Virus record (IMG/VR): IMGVR_UViG_3300049792_000048 | Coordinates: 96,001 to 160,000 of that record | Length of the DNA stretch: 64,000 bases | Reading direction: 5' to 3' (one strand) | Source: a virus | Lineage: Duplodnaviria > Caudoviricetes | In this document: piece by piece, positions 22,901-30,579 of the stretch | Numbering within the stretch: the first letter of the stretch is position 1 | Layout: each line of letters starts with the position of its first letter | The notes under the pieces: model-generated | What the model saw: only the letters and a program-made list of their open reading frames with translations | Databases searched by the model: none | What the model was told of the DNA's origin: nothing | Made by a program: the position numbers and the translations under genes

Positions 22901-23043
22901 TCCTCACCGTCCAGAAGGTGCTGGCGTCCTTCAAGGTCGCTCGCCTCGTGCAGAACCCGGATCAGCCGGACTCGCTGCTCCTCGACCTGAACGTGGGGGT
23001 GTTCTATCCCTGCAATGAAATAAAGGTCACACTTATCGTTTGA
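19942..23043 (+). CDS. Contractile tail sheath protein with inserted repeat domains
   Basis: N-terminal RPGVKV, YVCAALAG, RHQLTSD..EQREFSI..LDF, C-terminal FYPCNEIKVTL; strong codon bias. Confidence 0.85.
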   Translation: MTTPNMLPRPGVKVFTEFRNVNPTIFKPQMPACVMGVAKEVVQAVLDDGTLNSQALLALPARIEFPYVSTPFQYATLGGLTLQLSVNNGPTQTITFPGSPANPTVAEVKAYIDSLDIVGLLVDIETSGAQQRIVLRTVATGPFATLSIMGGTSLTVLNLRAGGYTETGRGGYNNFYSVDLGLGNYPNPRSNLDELTLDYTTVRVFAAIGGGAFVEVSRTSTFMRGATSAVSVFDDGDGDNLSPYLTFAGQNFTDGAAVLTGTVDLSGTFGALNGTSAIFSKDGAGAITTNFSAAASAADIVSQINAAFGSTVASLGTSNHLVLTSGTTGPGSSFERTGGSATSGNLGLAIGDYAAGRRSRARTQGSVDLTGLTYGAGGPFATPGRSLIMSVDGEAEQTLIIGPTIANAAALVTAINTKWQVPAGNAIASLNGGNKLVLRSPNTQGGEESVLRINSLSTAIATLGITAGRYAGNAYAPAVGDEVFGNGIRLGLITEVAPAGVVTRLRLDTEYLLTATWVNFYIRALDLTGPQTSTRPSADLQVDATSGEIIVKHETFRAPDGTPTAAVDLGVYLGYTALRRDVSAAGTNSNLLRIGDLTTLESKLSPISPENPLGLGMYFAMLSAPGLESFGLGIGEATTTEPFGTLGAWAEAYTFIESKDVYAIAQLTHDLTVSDLADAHVTAMSDPEVGLERVVFNNPTRPERTANELIGSGSLGNSTGGVSTFDTGLANLPALLAAAGHPAPPYDIDDRIVLKLEDDTNNYLITGVAGSLVTVSTGALAAGTDEDNADGFYFDGSSPAFANPIVDRPFSIFIRGTVLADLTEEAIAYAAIPQGYKNRRMIFVTPDKAKATIDGLEQEIEGFYVCAALAGKTASKLPADPMTNVGIKGFTGLIGASDRYGEIQYRIMDGGGLWNMFQETAGQSIQTRHQLTSDVDTIEQREFSILTALDFTAKFLRGGLRNYIGRFNITQNLQSSISTALDGLGNFLTVQKVLASFKVARLVQNPDQPDSLLLDLNVGVFYPCNEIKVTLIV

Positions 23044-23069
23044 CACCGCAACGAAAGCAGTGTCACTCT
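23040..23069 (+). promoter_or_regulatory. Sigma70-like promoter for HNH gene, probably leaderless
   Basis: TTGACA-N18-CACTCT, 7 nt before ATG, no RBS. Confidence 0.4.
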
Positions 23070-23076
23070 CACCGTC

Positions 23077-23727
23077 ATGAGCAACGTCCTCCCCATCGCT
23101 CGTCTCTGCACTGGTCCGTGTGGCCGGGAACTCCCGGCTACGCGTGAGTACTTCTATGCGGTGAAGACGGGGCAGTATGGTCTTGCAGCAGCCTGCAAGG
23201 AGTGCTCGAAGGCCCGCACACTTCAAGACCAACAGCGACGTCGTCAAGAAGACCCCGAAGGTACCAAGGCAAAGAACAACGCGAAGATGGAGCGCCATCG
23301 TCGCAAGAAGGGTGTCGCCCCCAAGCGCTACCTCACGGATGCGGAGAAGGCTGTTGCATCCCGCAAGTACAACGACGCCTACAACGCCCGCCCTGGCGTG
23401 TGGATGAAGTACTTGTTGACGCACGCCAAGATCCGAAATGACGCCCGTCACCCGGACACCACCTTCGATCTCGACATCACGTGGATCACCGAGCAGTTCA
23501 CGGCCCAGGAGGGCAAGTGCTTCTGGCTCAAGGTTCCGTTGCGCACCTCCCGAAACGCGGGTCCGTGGCAGGTCTCTCTTGATCGACTCGACCTCAAAGT
23601 CGGCTACACCAAGACCAACACCGTCCTGACGTCACGCGCAGCCAACCTGGGACGAAACTCCACCTCGCTCGAAGACTTCGAGCTGTTCCTCAATGACCTC
23701 CAAGCTGCCATGATGAGGACCACATGA
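23077..23727 (+). CDS. HNH-like free-standing endonuclease
   Basis: CTGPC...CKEC; QEGKCFW...SLDRLDLKVGYTKTNTVL..RAAN. Confidence 0.75.
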   Translation: MSNVLPIARLCTGPCGRELPATREYFYAVKTGQYGLAAACKECSKARTLQDQQRRRQEDPEGTKAKNNAKMERHRRKKGVAPKRYLTDAEKAVASRKYNDAYNARPGVWMKYLLTHAKIRNDARHPDTTFDLDITWITEQFTAQEGKCFWLKVPLRTSRNAGPWQVSLDRLDLKVGYTKTNTVLTSRAANLGRNSTSLEDFELFLNDLQAAMMRTT

Positions 23728-24113
23728 CCGAACGAGACATCTACAACCCGGGTTCGGAGCTCGACCATCGCCTGGAGAAGGTGATGGAGAGCCACCAGCC
23801 CGCAGCCAAGACGAGCTCGACCCCTGCCGTGGAGCAGGAGTCGGGCCTCCAGGCCTTCGTCCAGCGCGCCTCGATCTCCGAGGAGCTGGCGGCCATCGAC
23901 AGCTCGAAGTTCGCCACCGACCTCAACGTCGTGCGGGCAAGCGAGCACATCGATCACATCATCGAGGAGAAGTCGGAACGCTTCGACTCCTTCCTCGACA
24001 CCCTGAAGACGGCCTCCAGCGAGATCACGGTGGTCGACCCCGTGAAGACTGCTCAGGAGCTCATTCGTCAGGGCGTCGATCCCCGTGAAGCCGCAAGGCG
24101 TGCGCTGGCGTGA
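23724..24113 (+). CDS. Hypothetical virion-module protein with K-x-A motifs
   Basis: GAGGA RBS; KTSS, KFAT, KTAS, KTAQ. Confidence 0.6.
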   Translation: MTERDIYNPGSELDHRLEKVMESHQPAAKTSSTPAVEQESGLQAFVQRASISEELAAIDSSKFATDLNVVRASEHIDHIIEEKSERFDSFLDTLKTASSEITVVDPVKTAQELIRQGVDPREAARRALA

Positions 24114-24169
24114 TGGGCACCGTCGCACACATCTTCGAGAAGGCTTCTGTCCCCGCTATCAGCGTGGAG

Positions 24170-24670
24170 ATGGAAACCCTTACGAAGAAGTGTTCGCGAT
24201 GTCGTGAACTCAAGTCACTGGATGACTTCCCGAAAGAGAAACGAAACCGGACAGGGCATGGCAACTACTGTAAGTCCTGTAAGTCAGTCCTCACAGGCGC
24301 ATACCACAAAGAGCGCCGAGCAACTGACTGGGCCTTCCGGCTTCTGGGCAATGCGCGGACCTCCACCTCTGGTGGTGGAAACAGGAAGTCTCAGATTCGT
24401 ACTCGACCCGAGTGGGCGAAGATGAACCTCACAGTGGAGTACCTTCGGGAGCTCTACAACATGCAGGATGGGAAGTGTGCGTACTTCAACATCTCGTTGC
24501 TGCTCGACGGAGGAATGGGCCTTCGATCGATCACGCTGGATCGGCTAGACTGTGACCGCGGGTACGTGCAGGGCAATGTTGTCCTCGCGAGTCGCGCAGC
24601 AAACCTGGCACGCGGAAACGCCAGCACGGACGACATGCACGTGCTCGTCGAGATGATCAAGAGGAGCTGA
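24170..24670 (+). CDS. HNH-like free-standing endonuclease
   Basis: CSRC...CKSC; QDGKCAY...TLDRLDCDRGYVQGNVVL..RAAN; start uncertain (24110 or 24170). Confidence 0.75.
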   Translation: METLTKKCSRCRELKSLDDFPKEKRNRTGHGNYCKSCKSVLTGAYHKERRATDWAFRLLGNARTSTSGGGNRKSQIRTRPEWAKMNLTVEYLRELYNMQDGKCAYFNISLLLDGGMGLRSITLDRLDCDRGYVQGNVVLASRAANLARGNASTDDMHVLVEMIKRS

Positions 24671-24672
24671 AC

Positions 24673-25383
24673 ATGGCCTCGTTTGCGAACTGGAACACCT
24701 ACAAAAACTACGTGCAGTCGGGCGGCGTCGGGCCGGGTATGGTGGACGGTCGCTTCGTCACCGGAGCCTACACCGGCCTCTTCGCTGGTCCTCCGCGCCT
24801 CGCATCGATCGGTGGAGCTCTCAGCCTCGGTGCTGCGATCTCCGCGGCCCCCGATGAGGCGTCGCAGATCGTCTATCCGGTCGGCCTCACGCAGTCGATC
24901 AACATCTCGCACAACCGACAGTTCAACCGCATCTTCGAGCTCGGCTCGGAGCGGTCGTACTTCATCTCGGGTCGCACGATGGGTCAGCTCGCCCTGGCTC
25001 GTGTGCTCTACCACGGCCCCTCGATCCTCCGCGTCCTGTACGCGTACTACCAGGACCTCGTGCCGGACGTCGTGGTCCCCGCGGTGTTCCCGAACGTCGG
25101 TGCGGCCTCGATGCCGAACCCCCACGACGTCGTCATCCCGCCGGGCTTCGAGAACTTCTTCATCAACCTCGCCTCCGATCTCTTCAGCCAGCCCATCGGC
25201 CTGCTGATGGTCGTGCAGGACGTCAACCAGGACGCCTACGGGTCCTGCTACTTCGAGTCGTGCGTCCTTCCGAACCACACATGGGCGACGGATGCGCAGG
25301 GCGTCATCATCCAGGAGTCGGTGGCCCTCCAGTTCGAGATGGCGGTTCCGATCGCGATGGAGAGCATCGAGCTCACGACCTGA
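24673..25383 (+). CDS. Tail tube protein
   Basis: VGLTQSINISHNRQFNRIFELGS..YFISGR tube-type pattern; downstream of sheath; strong codon bias. Confidence 0.75.
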   Translation: MASFANWNTYKNYVQSGGVGPGMVDGRFVTGAYTGLFAGPPRLASIGGALSLGAAISAAPDEASQIVYPVGLTQSINISHNRQFNRIFELGSERSYFISGRTMGQLALARVLYHGPSILRVLYAYYQDLVPDVVVPAVFPNVGAASMPNPHDVVIPPGFENFFINLASDLFSQPIGLLMVVQDVNQDAYGSCYFESCVLPNHTWATDAQGVIIQESVALQFEMAVPIAMESIELTT

Positions 25384-25388
25384 GTTTC

Positions 25389-25447
25389 TCCTTCTGCGGC
25401 ATAATGCCATTCACCCCAAAGGCGTAGTATGCTTCGCCGCAGAAGGA
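25389..25447 (+). promoter_or_regulatory. RBS-sequestering hairpin
   Basis: Perfect 12-bp inverted repeat TCCTTCTGCGGC / GCCGCAGAAGGA covering AAGGA. Confidence 0.55.
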
Positions 25448-25457
25448 TGTCCGTCTG

Positions 25458-28400
25458 ATGCTCAAGACCCTCTCAGCCACTTCTGCTGAGACGCTGACCC
25501 GTACCCTGAACGGGTTGGTGCAGGGGAGGCGCAATCTTTCGCAGGGCATCGCCGTTGGTCCTACGGCCTCCGGTCTCTACAAGCACCCAGTCGCTGGCCT
25601 CACGCTGAACTTCAGCACACCGGTCGCGACGGTGACTTTCGTAGGTGACCTCGACCTCAAGCAGATCGTGGCGGCCATCAACTCCCAGGTCGGAGCGGTG
25701 GTTGCTCATCTCTATCAGCTCGAACGCAGCGGGACGTTCGTGTTGGCGTTGTGGGATGACGCCACTCCGGTGACGTTGCTGCACACTGGAACCGCCAACT
25801 CGTACTTCGGGTTCTCGACGACTGCGGATGACGCATCGTTGGTGCAGAGCCCCGTGGACTCTGACAACATCAAGAGCATCCGTGCCGACAACACAGGTGG
25901 CTATACCTGTGTCTTCGATGCGCAGGCCACGCCTTTCCTGGATCTCACGAAGGGGGATTTCTCTCGTCCACTTGCCGCATTCGGCCAGGTGGGCGCCTCG
26001 ACGGATGGCTTGATCGCTTTCCTGCGCCTGTTCGACGTCGACGAGCGCCGCATCGAGGACAGAGGCGATGGGTTCGGCCGCTGCCTCCTCATGGAGAAGG
26101 AGAGCACGAACAGGCTTCTTTTCAGTCGCGACATCACCAACGCCGTGGGCTGGGCACTTCCCGGGGCTGCGGCGGTCACTGGAAACGCAGGCACGTCGCC
26201 AGACGGCACTACCTCGGCGGATAGGGTCGTTGCTACCGGGTCCACCTTCTCACCTGGTCAGTCGTTGACTGGCCTCCTGGCGAACCCGCACACGCTCAGT
26301 GCGTACGGCCGGGCATTCTCAGGGACTACCGATTGGGAAACGAACTACGGGCCGTTCCCCTACACGGCATGGTCGGGCGTCATCACGACGATATGGGTCC
26401 GAAAGCGCGAGACCAAGGCAACGACGGGCGGAAATCTATACGCGGAAGATGGCACCCTAGCGGGAGGGCCGCCCCTGGCGACAGCGGGCGACGTCCTGGT
26501 CGATTTGTGGCAAGCAGAGGATGGCCCCTACGCCACATCTCCCATTCCCACGAATGGCGCGCCCGCTACACGCCCTCCTGATCGCTTCTCTCACGCGGAC
26601 GGCACGTACCCGCCTGGCTTCCTGACCGTTGGCTTCGATAGCCCACTCGTGTTTGGTGCATCGAGCGCGGAGCTGGATGAGAGCGGTGAGACGTGGGTCA
26701 TTGCTGGCAGCGCTTCGGGTGACACGCTCCATGTAATCGGTGTTGGAGGTGGTGCCTGCCAGTTCGTGCTCCGCACGGGCGGTGTAGACGAAGTGGTTGC
26801 TGGGCCATGCACGTGGTCGGCAGCGCAAGCGATCACCGTCATGACGCGCATCGGTGCAGGCGAGATCGAAATCTTGGGGGCCACGACCGGGAACGGCACG
26901 TACACCGGAGGCACAGGCACCGCATGGGCGTCTGGTAATCGCTTCTACGTCGGCGGCGACAGTGCCGGTGCGAACAACGTGGGTGAGCTCCGCTTCATCG
27001 GCGTGAAGATTGTGCAGACCGCAGCAACACCACTCCCCGCCAACAGCGTCGCACCCATCCTCTCTGGTGTCGTGAAGACGGGCAACTCGCTCACCATCAC
27101 ACCCGGTACGTGGACACGTACGCCACGCCTCACGTACGAGCTGCTAATGGGCTCGTCGACGCGGGTCGGGCCTGGAGCGACTCAGGCAGAGGTCGAGGCG
27201 TACGTTCTCGTCGTCGGCGATTCGTACCTGCCGTTCACCCTCATCGAGACGGCAGTCGTGGGCGCGACCTCGGTCACGTCGAATGCGCTCGGCTACCTCT
27301 ACGCAACGCCTACCGGAGTCACGCTCAAGGGCCAGTACGATGGCTCGCACTTCCACCTCACGCTCGCGGGTCGCATCGACAAGTGGCTTGATCAGGGCGG
27401 GCTCGGCAACGAGCTAGAACAGACGGATCCCGGCAACATGCCTGTGCCTGCTCCCGGTGCTGGACCGAACGGGCTGGACGCAATCGACTTCTCGACTTTC
27501 GCGGGTGCAGCGACGTTCGTGCTCAAGGCCAGCCTCGGGCTCGGTCCGCAAGTCACCGTGTTCACGCTCGTACAGACGCCAGGTCCGAATCGCTACGTGC
27601 ACGATGGCAACGTCGTGGACAGCCGAGTTCTGTTCTACTTGGCGGCTGGAAACGCGTACAACATCTACAACGGGCACGTCGTCCTGCCGATTCTGGAAAC
27701 GACAGGCGATTGGGTGGTAGACGCCGCGGTGTTCGACGGTGCTACGTCGAAGCATGCGCTGGATGCTGGACCCATCGGCACCGCCGACGCTGGTGGCAAC
27801 AACGATGCAGGCTTCTCGTACGGACGTGGCGACGGTGGGGCGAGCAACTGCCTCAACTCTCTTGCGTCGATCGCCGTTGTCTACGTTGGGGCCATGAGCG
27901 ACGCCGATCAGATCGACGTTCGCTACTACATGATGGGCCTTGGTCTTCTCCTTGGGGCCGAGCCGCCTCCTGTTGCTGGCTTCACTGTGTGGGCTCCTCC
28001 CGAGGGGATCTCGACCTCTGGCGGTAGCGTCGACAGCATCACGAACTTCGGCACTTCCAAGACTCCGTTCACTGCCACAGGCTCTGCTCGTCCTGGGACG
28101 ACAGTGATCGATGGCAAGACGGTCCCGTTGTATGACGGTGTGGACGATGTGATGGTTGGTCCGCCGACCAGCACGACGATTCAGGCGAACGCGTGGACCA
28201 TGGCGGTTGTGTTCCGGCCAGATGCACTCGGAACCGCCTACGGCTCTTACGAGAACGCGGTGCAGGTCATCTGTGATGACTCCGGTTACTGGGGTCCGTC
28301 GGCGGTAACGACCGACGGTGTTGCATCCGGCTTCTACGCAGGCGCCGACAAGCAGACCGATCCGGCTCCAGTCTCCGCAGGTGATGTCTACATCATGTTC

Positions 28401-29321
28401 TGCGTCTACGATGGCGCAGTGCTCAAGACCACGATCAACGGCGTGACGCATGTGCGAGCTGTTGCAGCATCCGTTGGCTACACCGGCGGGCACACACAGA
28501 TCGGGTACATGGGCCGCACCCTCTATCTCCAGGGTGCAGTCTGCGAGCCGATCGTCTACGACCGTGCTCTCACCAACGCTGAACTGGATGCGACGCAGGC
28601 ATACTTGCTCCAGCGTTGGCCGAGCGCTGTTGTCGCGCGTCCTGTGGCGCCACCAGTTGCAGGCTTCACACTCTGGACACCTCCGGAGGCACTCTCGGTC
28701 GCAGCCGGTGTCGTCGACTTCCAAGGCAACTTGGGGAGCGCAGGGGGCGCGTTCTCTGCACTCGGAGGGTTCTCAACCACCACGATCGACGGACACGTCG
28801 TCTCTCTGCTCGATGGTGTGGATGACACGTTGTCCGGCGGGCCAGCGGCGGTCTACGTCATCGATCCGGCTGGGCTTGCGTGGTCGATGTGGTGGGTCGT
28901 TCGAGCCGACGCGCTCATCGGGGCCGTGGGTCCGATCTACGACGGGGCGCAGATGCTCTCGGACATCGGCGGCAACTTCTCGCCCCTCGTCTTCGACGCG
29001 AATGGCGTGCGCACGGGATTCAATAGTCTCGCAACTGCACCCATCCCGATCTCCACCGGGGTCTTGTACCTCGCTCGCGTGACCTACGATGGTGCGACGC
29101 TATCTCTCACAATCAACGGCGTGACCGAAACGCTCTCCACATCTGCATCTGTATCCGGGCTCGGGTTCGCACTCGCTCAGCGCATGGGCGAGAACTACAA
29201 CGGCTCGGCGTTCTTCACGGGAGTGATCTGCGAGAGCGTCGGCTACCCGACGTATCTCTCGCCACCGAACCAGGCCCTCATCGATGCTTATTTCCGGGCA
29301 AAGTATCCCAGCGTAGTGTGA
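25458..29321 (+). CDS. Fibre/spike-like structural protein with tandem LamG/ConA-like modules
   Basis: 1287 aa, Gly/Thr-rich beta; two PPVAGFT.W.PPE...DGVDD...YDGA.L..TING repeats; N-terminal paralog of 12716..13195. Confidence 0.7.
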   Translation: MLKTLSATSAETLTRTLNGLVQGRRNLSQGIAVGPTASGLYKHPVAGLTLNFSTPVATVTFVGDLDLKQIVAAINSQVGAVVAHLYQLERSGTFVLALWDDATPVTLLHTGTANSYFGFSTTADDASLVQSPVDSDNIKSIRADNTGGYTCVFDAQATPFLDLTKGDFSRPLAAFGQVGASTDGLIAFLRLFDVDERRIEDRGDGFGRCLLMEKESTNRLLFSRDITNAVGWALPGAAAVTGNAGTSPDGTTSADRVVATGSTFSPGQSLTGLLANPHTLSAYGRAFSGTTDWETNYGPFPYTAWSGVITTIWVRKRETKATTGGNLYAEDGTLAGGPPLATAGDVLVDLWQAEDGPYATSPIPTNGAPATRPPDRFSHADGTYPPGFLTVGFDSPLVFGASSAELDESGETWVIAGSASGDTLHVIGVGGGACQFVLRTGGVDEVVAGPCTWSAAQAITVMTRIGAGEIEILGATTGNGTYTGGTGTAWASGNRFYVGGDSAGANNVGELRFIGVKIVQTAATPLPANSVAPILSGVVKTGNSLTITPGTWTRTPRLTYELLMGSSTRVGPGATQAEVEAYVLVVGDSYLPFTLIETAVVGATSVTSNALGYLYATPTGVTLKGQYDGSHFHLTLAGRIDKWLDQGGLGNELEQTDPGNMPVPAPGAGPNGLDAIDFSTFAGAATFVLKASLGLGPQVTVFTLVQTPGPNRYVHDGNVVDSRVLFYLAAGNAYNIYNGHVVLPILETTGDWVVDAAVFDGATSKHALDAGPIGTADAGGNNDAGFSYGRGDGGASNCLNSLASIAVVYVGAMSDADQIDVRYYMMGLGLLLGAEPPPVAGFTVWAPPEGISTSGGSVDSITNFGTSKTPFTATGSARPGTTVIDGKTVPLYDGVDDVMVGPPTSTTIQANAWTMAVVFRPDALGTAYGSYENAVQVICDDSGYWGPSAVTTDGVASGFYAGADKQTDPAPVSAGDVYIMFCVYDGAVLKTTINGVTHVRAVAASVGYTGGHTQIGYMGRTLYLQGAVCEPIVYDRALTNAELDATQAYLLQRWPSAVVARPVAPPVAGFTLWTPPEALSVAAGVVDFQGNLGSAGGAFSALGGFSTTTIDGHVVSLLDGVDDTLSGGPAAVYVIDPAGLAWSMWWVVRADALIGAVGPIYDGAQMLSDIGGNFSPLVFDANGVRTGFNSLATAPIPISTGVLYLARVTYDGATLSLTINGVTETLSTSASVSGLGFALAQRMGENYNGSAFFTGVICESVGYPTYLSPPNQALIDAYFRAKYPSVV

Positions 29322-29821
29322 TGCTCATCCTGCTCATCGCAGTGCTTCTCGCACTTCCAGCCTTCTTCATGTGGAGTGCTCTGCACGAGCTCTCCCACTA
29401 CCTGATGGCTCGTCGGTATCGGACGATCACGGAGGCCAGCTTCCGTCTCTATCCGCATGTCGAGGGATCGAACTTCGTGTTCGCATCTGTGCTCTGGGAG
29501 CATGACGGCGCACCGTTCACACCAGCTGAAGATGCTGCGATCTCCTTCGCCCCACGCATCCTCGACCTCCTTGCCGTGATCCTCACACCACTCGCCACAC
29601 TGATGCCGGAGCCGTGGCTGGCCACATCCTGGTGTGTCCTCATTGGTGCCGGCCTCGTCGATCTCTCCTATGGCAGCATCGGCTACACCGCGGCATCAGA
29701 TCTCCAGCGGTTCGCTATGGGTGGCGGACATAGCGTGTGGGTGGTGCGCATCATCGGGTGGGCTCTTGCCGTTTCAAGTGCAGCTCTCACCGTCGGCTTG
29801 CTGATCGCCCACTGGGCATAG
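29318..29821 (+). CDS. Membrane zinc metallopeptidase-like protein (M50/zincin type)
   Basis: LHELSH after a hydrophobic helix; ISFAP; several TM segments. Confidence 0.6.
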   Translation: MMLILLIAVLLALPAFFMWSALHELSHYLMARRYRTITEASFRLYPHVEGSNFVFASVLWEHDGAPFTPAEDAAISFAPRILDLLAVILTPLATLMPEPWLATSWCVLIGAGLVDLSYGSIGYTAASDLQRFAMGGGHSVWVVRIIGWALAVSSAALTVGLLIAHWA

Positions 29822-29844
29822 CAAAGCAACATCAAGCTCAGAGC

Positions 29845-29868
29845 AAAACAACGGCCCCTTTCGGGGCC
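29845..29868 (-). terminator. Intrinsic terminator at convergence point
   Basis: GGCCCC-GAAA-GGGGCC followed by GTTGTTTT on minus strand. Confidence 0.65.
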
Positions 29869-29924
29869 ACTCAATAGATTTCTCCATGCTTTGTGTTTGT
29901 GCGACCAAGAGCAAGGCTCTTTCC

Positions 29925-29947
29925 CCTACGTTTTTGATAGGTGATTT
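29925..29947 (-). promoter_or_regulatory. Recurrent phage promoter-like motif
   Basis: Minus strand AAATCACCTATCAAAAACGTAGG. Confidence 0.45.
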
Positions 29948-30000
29948 CAGGTAAATCTTGGGGGCAAAAAGAAGACGAACTGAGTTCATCTTCTCTCACA

Positions 30001-30528
30001 TCACTTCGCCGTCTCACCCGAGTCGTGCTCGGGTGGAAGCACTCGGACGATGCGATGACCTTCTTCGGAGAAGACCTCACCGAAGCAAGACAACTCCGCC
30101 CATGTCTCGAAACGTTCTGCGATCGTCATCGAGAACGTCCCCGTCGAGTTCTCCTTCATTCGCTCCACCAGATGAGGCCCTTCGAAGATGTGTGCCTCCG
30201 CAGCCACCAAGAAGAACATGTCGCTGAGGTCGATGGCATCCGGTGTCACTCCCTCGATATGCTCGATCTGCTCCTTGTTCCATGGCTGCTTGAGGGGATG
30301 CGAGGGCTTCGTCGTGTAGTAGTCGGACGTCCCCACACTCTTTGCTCGCTCGACTTGTCGCTCACACGCGACGGTGGAGAGTGACGACTCCATGCCCCTC
30401 TGCCGCAGATAGCGGTGTACATCTCCCTCCCTGAGCTCGGCGGTCAGGTAGCTGGTGACGATGGTGCTCCAGACGCGGAAACGGTACTCACCATCGTCGT
30501 CTTTTCGGCAGTGAATGATCTCGCCCAT
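30001..30528 (-). CDS. Hypothetical protein
   Basis: AAGGAG RBS and promoter motif upstream. Confidence 0.65.
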   Translation of the reverse strand: MGEIIHCRKDDDGEYRFRVWSTIVTSYLTAELREGDVHRYLRQRGMESSLSTVACERQVERAKSVGTSDYYTTKPSHPLKQPWNKEQIEHIEGVTPDAIDLSDMFFLVAAEAHIFEGPHLVERMKENSTGTFSMTIAERFETWAELSCFGEVFSEEGHRIVRVLPPEHDSGETAK

Positions 30529-30540
30529 GATGTGTCTCCT

Positions 30541-30562
30541 TCACTTCGCTGATAGGTCGAAA
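30541..30562 (-). promoter_or_regulatory. Recurrent phage promoter-like motif
   Basis: Minus strand TTTCGACCTATCAGCGAAGTGA then AGGAG. Confidence 0.55.
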
Positions 30563-30579
30563 TGCGCTAGGATCGCGAC

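Noticed and set aside
20299-23451. 1050-aa minus-strand ORF (likewise 7456..9663, 14581..16464, 4498..5979, 46684..48087)
   Set aside because: These are antisense shadows of codon-biased high-GC genes, with Arg/Val/Gly-rich translations, no RBS and no motifs
22981-24720. Group I introns housing the HNH genes
   Set aside because: The sheath C-terminus and tube N-terminus look complete, and the spacers are too short for a ribozyme core
19086-25383. Contractile injection system (eCIS/tailocin) rather than phage
   Set aside because: Sheath and tube are contiguous with protease, scaffold and capsid genes and with replication genes
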